From: Salinimicrobium sp.
GTDB lineage: Archaea > Thermoplasmatota > Poseidoniia > Poseidoniales > Poseidoniaceae
Direction of reading: 5' to 3'
Length of the DNA: 64,000 nucleotides
NCBI GenBank assembly: GCA_964228865.1
Contig: CAXRAI010000058.1
Coordinates: forward strand, 2,011 to 66,010
Part shown: piece by piece, positions 9,435 through 18,036 of the stretch
How positions within the stretch are numbered: position 1 is the stretch's first letter
Layout: each line of letters begins with the position of its first letter
Program-made: the position numbers and the translations under genes
Notes under the pieces: generated by a model
The model's database searches: none
What the model saw: only the letters and a program-made list of their open reading frames with translations
What the model was told of the DNA's origin: nothing

Positions 9435-11558
9435 TTGACGGATGCATCCCGCCTGACGGTCGCCAAACTCAAGGCGCTGTGTGTGCTTCACGACCTGCCA
9501 ACGGGTGGACGGAAAGCAGACTTGGTTGAGCGCCTCTTGGCGGCTGGCCTTGACCGCACCACCCTCGGTCTTTCTGAGGCTAAACCCCCAGAAGCGGGCG
9601 ATGAAGAAGTCATCTCACTCGAACCGGAACCAGAACCCGTCGCCGCGGAGGTGGAAGAGGTTTCATTGGAAGCGGACGTGCCCCTGCCTTCCGCCCGAGA
9701 GGACGAGGTGTTGGAAGCTGAGGTGCTGGAAGCCGAGATGCTCGACACAGAGGAAGAAGACCGGCTTGAACCCCCTCCTGTCGTGCCGCTCCCCGGGTCC
9801 AAACCCTCGGGGCCCACCACGCTGCTTGACATGGTCAAAACGCCAAAAGCTGCGGCCGTCGTTCTTGTGCTTCTGCTGGTCGGGGCCGGTGGCTGGTATT
9901 GGGTCGGCCAACAGCTTCAGCCGGTCACCGTTGATGCGCTTCGCTACGGTGACCAAATGGGCTTCATCCTCGTGGACGGGGAACTGACCGCAACCGAGGG
10001 CTTTGTTGAACCCGTGATCGAACAATTGGACATCGAAGACGACATCTGTCGGCTGGAGGTCTCATTTTCTGGCACTGGCGACGTGGCGGTGCACCAGGGC
10101 ACCATGCTCGACATTCCTTCGCAGGGCTCGGATGACCGTCTTCTCGGGACCGTGAGCGTGCGAGGAGCCCACGGTGCGGAGTGGTTGGCCGTGCAACAGG
10201 AAGCCACCTATGACCTCGATGAATTGGTCGTGAAGCGACATTTGCGCTCCATCGTTCCGGGCTCCAGCGATTGTTCCAGCAGTTCGGCTTCTGCCAGCGG
10301 CGCGGCTGAGCTCACATTGACCTCATGGACCGAAATTGGAGACCGTGTGAACCTCCGAACGAACGCAGATTGGGAGATTGACCTTGAGGGCGTGGTTCGT
10401 GGTTCAACCACCACCTACGGCGTCGGGGGCCTGCTTGGCTCCTTCGAAGTCTTCGCACCGGGCATCGCCATGTTGTCACAGCCTGTGGAATTGCAGTCCC
10501 TTGTGGGCACGGTACCGATCGAGAAAGGTGCGACAGGCACGGGTCTTGGTTGGGATTGGTCCGTGATTGGCGCCGAAGATTTTGCCGGGAAACGCATGTG
10601 GCGCATCGTGGCGACTCAACCGGATTTGAGCACCTATTGTTTGGGAAGCGCGACCCTTTCGATGTGGGTCGAGGCCGACAACCCTTGGGCCAGCCGGCAA
10701 ACGGTTGACGTGCGGTTGTCCGCCGACAACACAGGCCAACAGGATTGCTCAACCCTCTCGAAACAGCTCGGAGATGCGGTCCTTCCCGACGGAGAATTCC
10801 GACTGACCCATACCTTCGAGCGCACCTCGCTCAGCAGGGGCGACGACCGCTTGGACCTCGGCACGACCTATGTTGGTCGTCCAAGCCCAAGCGAACTCGG
10901 GGCACCGGAGGAGTCCTTGGTGACCTGGACGCGCAACGCCAGCCACGTCCCTGACGGGGCGCCGGCCGCCACCACCACCTTGGAGGACGCCGTCGCATGC
11001 TTGCGCTCTGTGGGCTCGTCTGCATCGGGTGCAAATGCTGCACTGGACAACGAGGGTTACATTTGGCGCTCCGTGGGCGATTCGGGTGGAGAAGTGGACG
11101 CTTGGAACCTCTCTTGGGTCGGTACGGACGATGCTCACGGCTGGGTCCGCGTGGACGTCGGTGCCGGTGAGAACGGAGGTTGTACCTTCGTGAGCAAAGA
11201 ATCGCAAGACCTCGGCATTGTGTGGAACCGTGATTCGGCACCGGCCGTGTTGACGATGGAGGAGGTCGAAGGCATGCTGATTGCCGAGGGGCGCTTCCCA
11301 GAATTCGTTGGGGCCAGTGGGCTGTTTGGGGCCAGCGGCGATCACAACGAAGGGCTACGACGGGGCGTGCTGGTGGCGGTCCCTGACGACGGATTGACGG
11401 GGCTGATCAGCGAATTGGTCGACGGAGACGCTGGAGCCACCACCTACGATTTCGTTCGGACTTGGGAAGCACAAGGATGGGAATCGACGCTGAGCGTGGC
11501 CGTTGACGCCAGCAGCGGCAGGGTGTTGGCGACCTCACTCGTCGAGCGGCCGGCGTGA
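9435..11558 (+). CDS. Single-pass membrane protein: N-terminal SAP/HeH motif, acidic linker, TM helix, ~540-aa extracytoplasmic domain
   Basis: LTVAKLKALCVLHDLPTGGRKADLVERLLAAGL matches the SAP motif pattern. It is followed by an E/P-rich linker and TM AAAVVLVLLLVGAGGWYWV. TTG start as given in the ORF track. Confidence 0.6.
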   Translation: MTDASRLTVAKLKALCVLHDLPTGGRKADLVERLLAAGLDRTTLGLSEAKPPEAGDEEVISLEPEPEPVAAEVEEVSLEADVPLPSAREDEVLEAEVLEAEMLDTEEEDRLEPPPVVPLPGSKPSGPTTLLDMVKTPKAAAVVLVLLLVGAGGWYWVGQQLQPVTVDALRYGDQMGFILVDGELTATEGFVEPVIEQLDIEDDICRLEVSFSGTGDVAVHQGTMLDIPSQGSDDRLLGTVSVRGAHGAEWLAVQQEATYDLDELVVKRHLRSIVPGSSDCSSSSASASGAAELTLTSWTEIGDRVNLRTNADWEIDLEGVVRGSTTTYGVGGLLGSFEVFAPGIAMLSQPVELQSLVGTVPIEKGATGTGLGWDWSVIGAEDFAGKRMWRIVATQPDLSTYCLGSATLSMWVEADNPWASRQTVDVRLSADNTGQQDCSTLSKQLGDAVLPDGEFRLTHTFERTSLSRGDDRLDLGTTYVGRPSPSELGAPEESLVTWTRNASHVPDGAPAATTTLEDAVACLRSVGSSASGANAALDNEGYIWRSVGDSGGEVDAWNLSWVGTDDAHGWVRVDVGAGENGGCTFVSKESQDLGIVWNRDSAPAVLTMEEVEGMLIAEGRFPEFVGASGLFGASGDHNEGLRRGVLVAVPDDGLTGLISELVDGDAGATTYDFVRTWEAQGWESTLSVAVDASSGRVLATSLVERPA

Positions 11559-11770
11559 GCCGTTGAGCCTCCGAACCCTGTTTGAAGCGGCGAGTTGGCC
11601 GTCACCTCCAAAGCCTCCGCGTCGCGCATGGTCCATCGATGGGAGAGCGCGGTCGTCAGGTGACCGTTGGCGAGGCAGAGTTTGAGGAGCTTCCTCAGGC
11701 CGCCCCTGCTGCCAGCACGGCCGACGAAATTGGGCCTGCGAAAATCCGCGCGCCGCTCGAGTTGCCGCCC

Positions 11771-12574
11771 ATGCAACCCTCCACCCAAGGTCTGGCACGC
11801 GTCGTCGCGGTAACCAACCAGAAGGGAGGGGTTGGAAAAACCACGACCGTGATCAACCTCGCCGCGAGTTTGGCGGCTTCAGGTCAGCGTGTGCTCGTGG
11901 TCGATCTGGATGCGCAAGGCAACTGTGCCACGGGCTTAGGCATCGACAAGTCGAGGGTTGACCTGACGACACGTGACCTCCTCCTCACGCCTGAACGGGC
12001 GGCTGAATGCAGGTATGCCACCCGAATCCCAACCCTCCATGTCGTGGTTGGCGACCGGAGGCTTGTGTCGGTAGAGGACGCGATTTTGTCGGATCTCGGA
12101 CGCGAATCACGCTTGGCAGAGGGGCTTGCACCCTTGCTGCCGCATTATGACCTGGTGCTCATCGATACGCCTCCCAACCTTGGTGTGCTGGCCATCAACG
12201 CCCTCTGTGCAGCCGATGGCGTGGTCGTGCCTGTGCAAACCGAATACTTCGCACTTGAAGGACTGGCCATGCTGCTGTCAACGGTTGAACAAGTGCGCCG
12301 TCGCTTGAATCCCGGGCTCGGCATCGACGGTGTGCTGATGACGATGCACGCGCCGACCCTCTTGAATCAGCAGGTGGCCAGTTTGTTGCGGGAACATTTG
12401 GGAGACGTGGTCGTTGAACCCCCCATCCGCCGGAACATCCGTTTGGCCGAAGCGACGAGCCGTGGCGAACCCATTCACGTCCACGCGCCCAATTCTAACG
12501 GCGGACAGGACCACCAAGCGGTGTCGAACGCCCTCGCCTCCCGGTGGGGCTTGGTCCGGGGGCGCGGAGCATGA
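11771..12574 (+). CDS. parA: ParA/Soj-family chromosome-partitioning ATPase
   Basis: Deviant Walker A NQKGGVGKTTT, DLDAQGNCATGLG, LIDTPPNLG. Start at MQPSTQGLARVVAV (the track ORF extends upstream to 11582). Confidence 0.88.
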   Translation: MQPSTQGLARVVAVTNQKGGVGKTTTVINLAASLAASGQRVLVVDLDAQGNCATGLGIDKSRVDLTTRDLLLTPERAAECRYATRIPTLHVVVGDRRLVSVEDAILSDLGRESRLAEGLAPLLPHYDLVLIDTPPNLGVLAINALCAADGVVVPVQTEYFALEGLAMLLSTVEQVRRRLNPGLGIDGVLMTMHAPTLLNQQVASLLREHLGDVVVEPPIRRNIRLAEATSRGEPIHVHAPNSNGGQDHQAVSNALASRWGLVRGRGA

Positions 12575-12966
12575 GCGAGCGTGGCTTGGGGCGTGGTCTC
12601 GATCACTTGATCGAACAAAACGCCACCGAACTTGGCTTCCTCGACGCTTACGGGCCCACTCCAGAAGAGGCCCTTGGTGAGATCTTCGATGCGGCATGCC
12701 ATGCCCTCAACGCGCTCAATGGAACACGGACCGAGGATGCGTACGAAACAGAAACCCTCCTGCTCCAAAGGGAGGCCGATGGGACACGGCTCACATGGCG
12801 TGGCCAGCATTTGCCGCTGGTGGCCAGTGATTTGCGGCTGCCCGGTATGCGCGAAGGCATGCTTTCAGACGCTCGGGACATGGCCGAGGTGACCTTCGTG
12901 GATTGGACGCTGGACGTTCGTCGCTGCTTGGAGCGGGTCGTCGAACACCACTCAGGGCCGCCGTGA
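12571..12966 (+). CDS. 131-aa protein with a ParB/Spo0J-type N-terminal peptide (RGLGRGLDHLI) but no ParB/HTH domain
   Basis: Its ATG overlaps the parA stop (ATGA). The N-terminus MSERGLGRGLDHLIEQ mirrors bacterial ParB N-termini. The remainder has no GxRRxRA or HTH motifs. Confidence 0.55.
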   Translation: MSERGLGRGLDHLIEQNATELGFLDAYGPTPEEALGEIFDAACHALNALNGTRTEDAYETETLLLQREADGTRLTWRGQHLPLVASDLRLPGMREGMLSDARDMAEVTFVDWTLDVRRCLERVVEHHSGPP

Positions 12967-13524
12967 GCGCCCACCGACGGTGGCCGCAGCCACGGTCAAG
13001 GCAACAAGGCTGAGTGCAAACCCTGCTCCGGGGCTCTCTTCCTCCTCGACGCAGCCGTCAGCGGTGGACGAGGGACCGCCCCAGCTGCCGTCGTTGAAGT
13101 AGCAGCTCGACCACGTCTTGTACCAGTCACCGAAGGGATGGTACTCGTCATCTCCGTCGGTGTAGGAGACCTTTGCCCGCCAGTTGACGTAACTGTGGTC
13201 CTCGGGAGGCGTCACCGAGATCGTGTAGGTTGAGCCATCATCAGACACGGTCGCCTCCTGTGCAACAGGGGGATCACACACGCCGTCGTTGGTGCAAATC
13301 TGCGTCGTGAGTTCCATCGTCGTGCCGTTGTCGACCGCAGCTTGGTCAAGGGTCACGGTCAAGGTCCATGTTTTGCCATCCACGGAAGGGGAGGTCGCTT
13401 GGTAGGCTGAGAACGGCGTTTCAGCCATGTCTGGGCCTGCATCCTGCCCCCCTGTTCCACCTGCCGTGGCCATGCCGACCATCATCAGCATCAGGGCGAC
13501 CAAGAGCACGTTGCGCATGGGCAT
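12952..13524 (-). CDS. Secreted protein with a PGF-CTERM-like C-terminal anchor
   Basis: Signal peptide MRNVLLVALMLMMVGMATAGG. C-terminus EEEESPGAGFALSLVALTVAAATVGGRSRRP (Pro-Gly...Phe, TM, basic tail). Confidence 0.55.
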   Translation of the reverse strand: MPMRNVLLVALMLMMVGMATAGGTGGQDAGPDMAETPFSAYQATSPSVDGKTWTLTVTLDQAAVDNGTTMELTTQICTNDGVCDPPVAQEATVSDDGSTYTISVTPPEDHSYVNWRAKVSYTDGDDEYHPFGDWYKTWSSCYFNDGSWGGPSSTADGCVEEEESPGAGFALSLVALTVAAATVGGRSRRP

Positions 13525-13564
13525 ACAGATGTGGCGTTCCTATATGGCGCTGTGGGCCAGAGGC

Positions 13565-14071
13565 TCACTCCATGTCCCACAGTTCGTCGCCGACCCAATG
13601 GATGGTCTTCACCGCCTTGCCTCCGGCGGCGTTCACCATGCCCTTCCCGGAGTCGAGCGCCCACCCTAACGCCAGAGGTCGTTGGTGGACCTCGTCGCGG
13701 ATCCACACCAAATCTCCCGCTTCAATGGCTTCGTCAGCACCTGAAATGCCAGCGGCCATGCAATCCGCCCCGTTCATCAGGAAACGGATGGCCCCGTGGT
13801 CCACTTCCACCCAGTGCCCCGCTTCGGCATGCTCCATCAACCCACGCAGGGTCAAGGCCGCGACGCGGTGACCGTCGGGGTGTTCAACTTCCACGGCTTT
13901 CGGTGTTTTTTCCACGAAGACGAGGTTCCAAGGGCCAAATTCTGCGGCTTCGAGGAAGGCGCCGTCCACCTGCAAATCGATGCCCAACGCCTCCTCGAGG
14001 TCGTTCAGCAAAGGAGCGATGGCTTTGCGTCGAATCGGGCGTCGTTTCCGGATGCTCCAATCCTTGACCAT
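13565..14071 (-). CDS. PUA-domain RNA-binding protein (MCT-1/Tma20-like)
   Basis: VEVDHGAIRFLMNGADCMAAGI...GDLVWIRDEVHQRPLALGWAL...GKAVKTIHWVGDELW is the classic pre-PUA/PUA pattern. Start at MVKDWSIRKR. Confidence 0.78.
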   Translation of the reverse strand: MVKDWSIRKRRPIRRKAIAPLLNDLEEALGIDLQVDGAFLEAAEFGPWNLVFVEKTPKAVEVEHPDGHRVAALTLRGLMEHAEAGHWVEVDHGAIRFLMNGADCMAAGISGADEAIEAGDLVWIRDEVHQRPLALGWALDSGKGMVNAAGGKAVKTIHWVGDELWDME

Positions 14072-14145
14072 GATGTCGGCTTTTTGTGGAGCGCTATGAC
14101 CGTTGCCGTGCGAGGGTCCAAGAATCGCTGCCATGTGGGTCCTTC

Positions 14146-14748
14146 ATGGCCATGTGGTGCGCGATTCGGACCTACGCAGCACACGCGGACGAACTTGGCA
14201 ACCCTCGACAGACGACGCCGATTTTCTTCACCAAACCCGACGCATGCCTGTCCACCGAGGACACCATTGACGTCAGCGGGCATGATGGGGAAATCCATCA
14301 CGAAGTGGAACTTGTGCTTCGTCTCGATCACGCAGGAGCCGTGTCTCACGTTGCTGTGGGCTTGGACCTGACCGACCGTGCTGCACAGCGGGAGTCCCGA
14401 CCTGAAGGCTTGCCGTGGGCGCGAGGGAAAGCTTTCCGTGGCGCGGCACGGGTTGGCGCGTTCGCTCCATGGAATCAGGATTCGGCCGTGCTGACCTCCT
14501 CAGGCCTTCACCTTGAGTTGCGCATCGATGGCGATGTCCGCCAGTCCTCGCCGGTTGAAGCGATGTCCATTCCTCCGTCCCAGTTGTTGGCCGATCTGCA
14601 GGCGTGGGCGCCGCTGACCGACGGAGATATGGTGTTCACAGGAACGCCCCCCGGCGTCGGTCCTTTGCGTCCGGGTCAGGCCCTTGAGGCCGTGTTGCGA
14701 GATGCAAACCATGCCGTCCTGTCGCGTTTGGACCTCCGGTGTGTTTGA
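14146..14748 (+). CDS. Fumarylacetoacetate hydrolase (FAH) family protein
   Basis: PIFFTKPDACL...HHEVELVLRL...GLDLTDRAAQ...LPWARGKAF are FAH-fold motifs. Start at MAMWCAIR. Confidence 0.78.
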   Translation: MAMWCAIRTYAAHADELGNPRQTTPIFFTKPDACLSTEDTIDVSGHDGEIHHEVELVLRLDHAGAVSHVAVGLDLTDRAAQRESRPEGLPWARGKAFRGAARVGAFAPWNQDSAVLTSSGLHLELRIDGDVRQSSPVEAMSIPPSQLLADLQAWAPLTDGDMVFTGTPPGVGPLRPGQALEAVLRDANHAVLSRLDLRCV

Positions 14749-14756
14749 GGGAGGCC

Positions 14757-14764
14757 TTCATATA
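14757..14764 (+). promoter_or_regulatory. Candidate TATA box (TTCATATA) upstream of rps8e
   Basis: AT-rich octamer ~40 nt upstream of the ATG at 14802 in otherwise GC-rich sequence. Confidence 0.3.
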
Positions 14765-14801
14765 CGCCGTGTCGGTCGGCAGCCTGCGAGGTGAACCTTT
14801 C

Positions 14802-15182
14802 ATGGCGCAGTGGCACGGCATTTCTCGACGCAAGACCAGCGGCGGTCGCCGTGTTCAAGCCCGCGGCAAGCGCAAGACGGAAATCTCCAGCGAGAAGCAA
14901 TTCGCCCTCGTCGGAGAACCCAAGCGCAAGATCTACCGCAAGGCCGGTGGCAACACCATGGTTCGCGTGATGGCCGAAAACCGCGTCGCGATCGCTGACC
15001 CTGCGAAGGGCACCACCCAGATGGGCACCATCATGAGCGTCGTCGAAAACGAATCCGACCCCAACTACGTGCGTCGGAACATCCTCGTCAAGGGCGCCAT
15101 CATCGAGACCGACAAGGGTCGCGTGCGCATCACCTCCCGACCCGGCAAGGACGGGGTCATCAACGGCGTGCTCGTCGAGTGA
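14802..15182 (+). CDS. rps8e: 30S ribosomal protein S8e
   Basis: MAQWHGISRRKTSGGRRVQARGKRKTEI is the typical S8e N-terminus. 126 aa. Confidence 0.9.
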   Translation: MAQWHGISRRKTSGGRRVQARGKRKTEISSEKQFALVGEPKRKIYRKAGGNTMVRVMAENRVAIADPAKGTTQMGTIMSVVENESDPNYVRRNILVKGAIIETDKGRVRITSRPGKDGVINGVLVE

Positions 15183-15236
15183 GGTCCCTGAACCGGGTCC
15201 AAACGGACCTGAACCACAGGAGCATGAGGCGGACAC

Positions 15237-15665
15237 ATGGACCATGATCCTGACCGCTTGACCTTGTGGCCGTCGTACTTCGACGTCCGCCGTTCGCGCC
15301 GTTCCGGCCGCCGCGTGGCGAAGGACGCCGCCGTCAAGAAACCCGATTTGGAAGGCCTTTACACGGCTGCGCGTGCGGTCGGGCTTCGAAAAATCAAGCG
15401 GGAGGCCAATGCCGCTCGGCCAAGCGACCCCCATGCGCGTGAAGGGCGCCTCATCGTGAGCCGTTCTGGCGCGGAGGCCGATGCCGGAGCGTCCTCGAAG
15501 GAGGAAATCATGCAGTTGATCGGCACCACCTGGCGGGAGCAGCGCAAGAAAGAGCACGAGCGCGCAGCAGCACCTGTGGCCACCCGGACCCAAGGCGGCA
15601 ATCGGCCTGCTGGGCAAGGAAAATCACGAGGAAACAACTCCCGCCGCCGCTCGTTCAAGCGTTGA
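15237..15665 (+). CDS. srp19: Signal recognition particle protein SRP19
   Basis: LWPSYFDVRRSRRSGRRVAKDAAVKKPDLEGL matches the SRP19 core. Confidence 0.85.
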   Translation: MDHDPDRLTLWPSYFDVRRSRRSGRRVAKDAAVKKPDLEGLYTAARAVGLRKIKREANAARPSDPHAREGRLIVSRSGAEADAGASSKEEIMQLIGTTWREQRKKEHERAAAPVATRTQGGNRPAGQGKSRGNNSRRRSFKR

Positions 15666-15692
15666 CGGACAGACTCCTGAGGCCCTGATGGA

Positions 15693-16886
15693 ATGGGAAC
15701 GGCTTTGAATCACGGTGTGCGCCACCACACCATGGCAGGTAACGGAAACGACTCCATCAACGTCGTCAACACCCTCTTCCTCGTGTTGACGCCCATCGCT
15801 TCCCTTGTCGGATTGTGGTGGCACGCCACGCAATTTGGTGTGACGTGGGTTGAGCCCCTTCTGTTCGTCATCTGGTACTTTGCCTGTGGACTGAGCATCA
15901 CCGTGGGCTACCACCGCTTGTTCAGCCACCGCAGCCACGAGGCATCGTGGCCCCTGCGTCTCTTCTACGCGCTCTTTGGCGCGGGTGCCTTCGAAAACAG
16001 CGCCTTGAACTGGTGCGCAGACCACCGCATCCACCACCGTCACACCGACAAGCCAGAGGACCCTTACTCCGCCACCCGCGGCTTTTGGTGGTCGCACATC
16101 TTGTGGGTGATGATCGACGAAGGGGGGGAGCGCGTCCATGATCTCTCACAGGTCAAGGACTTGCAGGAAGATCCCATCTTGCGTTTCCAGCACCGCTTCT
16201 ACCTCATCCTCGCCGTCGGCGTGGGGATGTTCCTCCCTGCCCTCATCGGCGGCCTGATCAGCGGCGTGCCTGGCGCGGTCGGCGGTTTCGTGTGGGCCGG
16301 TCTGGCCCGCACGGTGTTCACGCACCACGGGACCTTCCTCATCAACTCGGCCGCCCACATCTGGGGCACGCAACCCTACGGCGACGCCAACAGCAGCAAG
16401 GATTCGCCCATCCTCGCTTTCCTGACCTTTGGAGAGGGTTACCACAACTTCCACCACACCTTCCAGGCCGACTACCGCAACGGTCACCGATGGTACCACT
16501 TCGACCCTTCGAAGTGGTGGATCAAGGCCTTCTCCTTGGTCGGCCTGAAGCAGGGCCTGAAATCCACGCCAGACTGGCACATCGAGGACAAGCGCCGCCA
16601 AGCGAGCTTTGAATCCGCAGCCATCGCAGCAGCGTCCGATGACGGCCGTGACTTGACCGGGCTCCAAGAGCGCATGACCACCGCACGCTCCAACTTCAAG
16701 ACGCAGAGCCGTGCGCTGGACAAGTTGCTCGCCGAGCGCCGTGCCGCTCGCAAGGAACGACAGGCTGCGCGTCGACAGGAGATTGAGGATGCGATCGTGA
16801 AGCTCCGAGAGGACATCACGGCCATTCGCGCAGAATTCGCTCAAATCATGAACGATTTGACCTCGGCCAAACCGATGCTTGCCTGA
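15693..16886 (+). CDS. Membrane fatty-acid (acyl-CoA/acyl-lipid delta-9-type) desaturase
   Basis: Three histidine boxes: HRLFSH, HRIHHRH, HNFHHTF. TM pairs present, plus a C-terminal charged helical extension. Alternative start at 15732. Confidence 0.85.
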   Translation: MGTALNHGVRHHTMAGNGNDSINVVNTLFLVLTPIASLVGLWWHATQFGVTWVEPLLFVIWYFACGLSITVGYHRLFSHRSHEASWPLRLFYALFGAGAFENSALNWCADHRIHHRHTDKPEDPYSATRGFWWSHILWVMIDEGGERVHDLSQVKDLQEDPILRFQHRFYLILAVGVGMFLPALIGGLISGVPGAVGGFVWAGLARTVFTHHGTFLINSAAHIWGTQPYGDANSSKDSPILAFLTFGEGYHNFHHTFQADYRNGHRWYHFDPSKWWIKAFSLVGLKQGLKSTPDWHIEDKRRQASFESAAIAAASDDGRDLTGLQERMTTARSNFKTQSRALDKLLAERRAARKERQAARRQEIEDAIVKLREDITAIRAEFAQIMNDLTSAKPMLA

Positions 16887-16888
16887 TC

Positions 16889-17911
16889 TCAGCCGAGGTC
16901 AGGCACTTCGTGGAGCCATCCGAATTGATCCTCTTCCCGCTCGGCCTGAAGCCCCGTCAGGTGGGCATAGAGGTCCAGGGTCACAGGACCAGGCTTCCCG
17001 TCTCCGTAGGTCACGGTCCGTTCGCCGTGCGTGATGGACCCAATCGGTGAGATGACGGCGGCGGTTCCACAACAGAAGGCTTCGTCGGCTTCCATGGCCG
17101 CCTCGGCCGTCACCCGCTCTTCACGGACCTCAAGTCCACGGTGACGTGCGAGTTCGATGATCGATGCGCGGGTGATGCCCGGTAGGATGGTGCCCGTCAA
17201 GGAGGGCGTGCTCAAGACGCCGTCCTTCACGCAGAAAAAGTTCGCAGCACCCACCTCTTCGATGCAGGTGTGTGTTTCGGCGTCGAGGTAGATGACTTCG
17301 GCATACCCCGCCGCCTTGGCCGCATAGGAGGGCATCATGCCAGGCGCGTAATTTCCGATGGCCTTCACGCCACCTGAGCCGCCCGGTGCGGCACGATGGT
17401 GGTCGTCGGAGATGACCAGAGAAATCGCGTTCATGCCTCCTTTGAAGTACGGTCCAACCGGGGTGCAGTAGATCATGAACGTGAACGACGGAGCAGGCGC
17501 GACCCCCAACACTGGGCCGGAGCCAAAGAGAATGGGCCGCACGTAGAGCGCGCCTCGTCCACACGGCGGGACCCAACCTCGGTTGGCGTGCACGACCTGT
17601 TCGATGGCGTCCACGAAAATGGACTCTGGAACAGGCGGCATGCGGAGCCGGTCGGCACCGGCTTGCATGCGACGCGCGTTTTCTTCGGGGCGGAAGAACA
17701 CGATGCGATCTGCTTCGGTGCGGTACGCCTTCATGCCCTCGAAGAGGCCTTGGCCGTAGTTGAGCACGCCCGCCGCGGGGGAGATCGAGAATTCGGCGTA
17801 CGGCGTAAGGGCGCCCGGCATCCAAGGCTCGCCTGCGTTGACTTCGGCCACGTACATCCAATCGGTTGGGGTCAGCGAGAAGGTCAATGCGTCCCAGTCA
17901 ATGTCCTTCAT
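16889..17911 (-). CDS. ilvE: Branched-chain amino acid aminotransferase
   Basis: Class IV aminotransferase pattern (GQGLFEGMKAY, ALYVRPILFG, GVKAIGNYA, GITRASIIEL). Start at MKDIDWDAL. Confidence 0.88.
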   Translation of the reverse strand: MKDIDWDALTFSLTPTDWMYVAEVNAGEPWMPGALTPYAEFSISPAAGVLNYGQGLFEGMKAYRTEADRIVFFRPEENARRMQAGADRLRMPPVPESIFVDAIEQVVHANRGWVPPCGRGALYVRPILFGSGPVLGVAPAPSFTFMIYCTPVGPYFKGGMNAISLVISDDHHRAAPGGSGGVKAIGNYAPGMMPSYAAKAAGYAEVIYLDAETHTCIEEVGAANFFCVKDGVLSTPSLTGTILPGITRASIIELARHRGLEVREERVTAEAAMEADEAFCCGTAAVISPIGSITHGERTVTYGDGKPGPVTLDLYAHLTGLQAEREEDQFGWLHEVPDLG

Positions 17912-18036
17912 TCCACGCCCTCCATGGTCCCGGTTGTTCCTCACCTGAGCGCGGTATCAAGACTTTGCGCGTCGTCCCGTCGGCCTTGGATGGTCGGTGC
18001 GAAGGGCTGAAGGAGGCCAAAGCGGAGGCCCACACG

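Noticed and set aside
14676-15617. 313-aa minus-strand ORF
   Set aside because: It is antisense to rps8e and srp19, both of which have clear family signatures.
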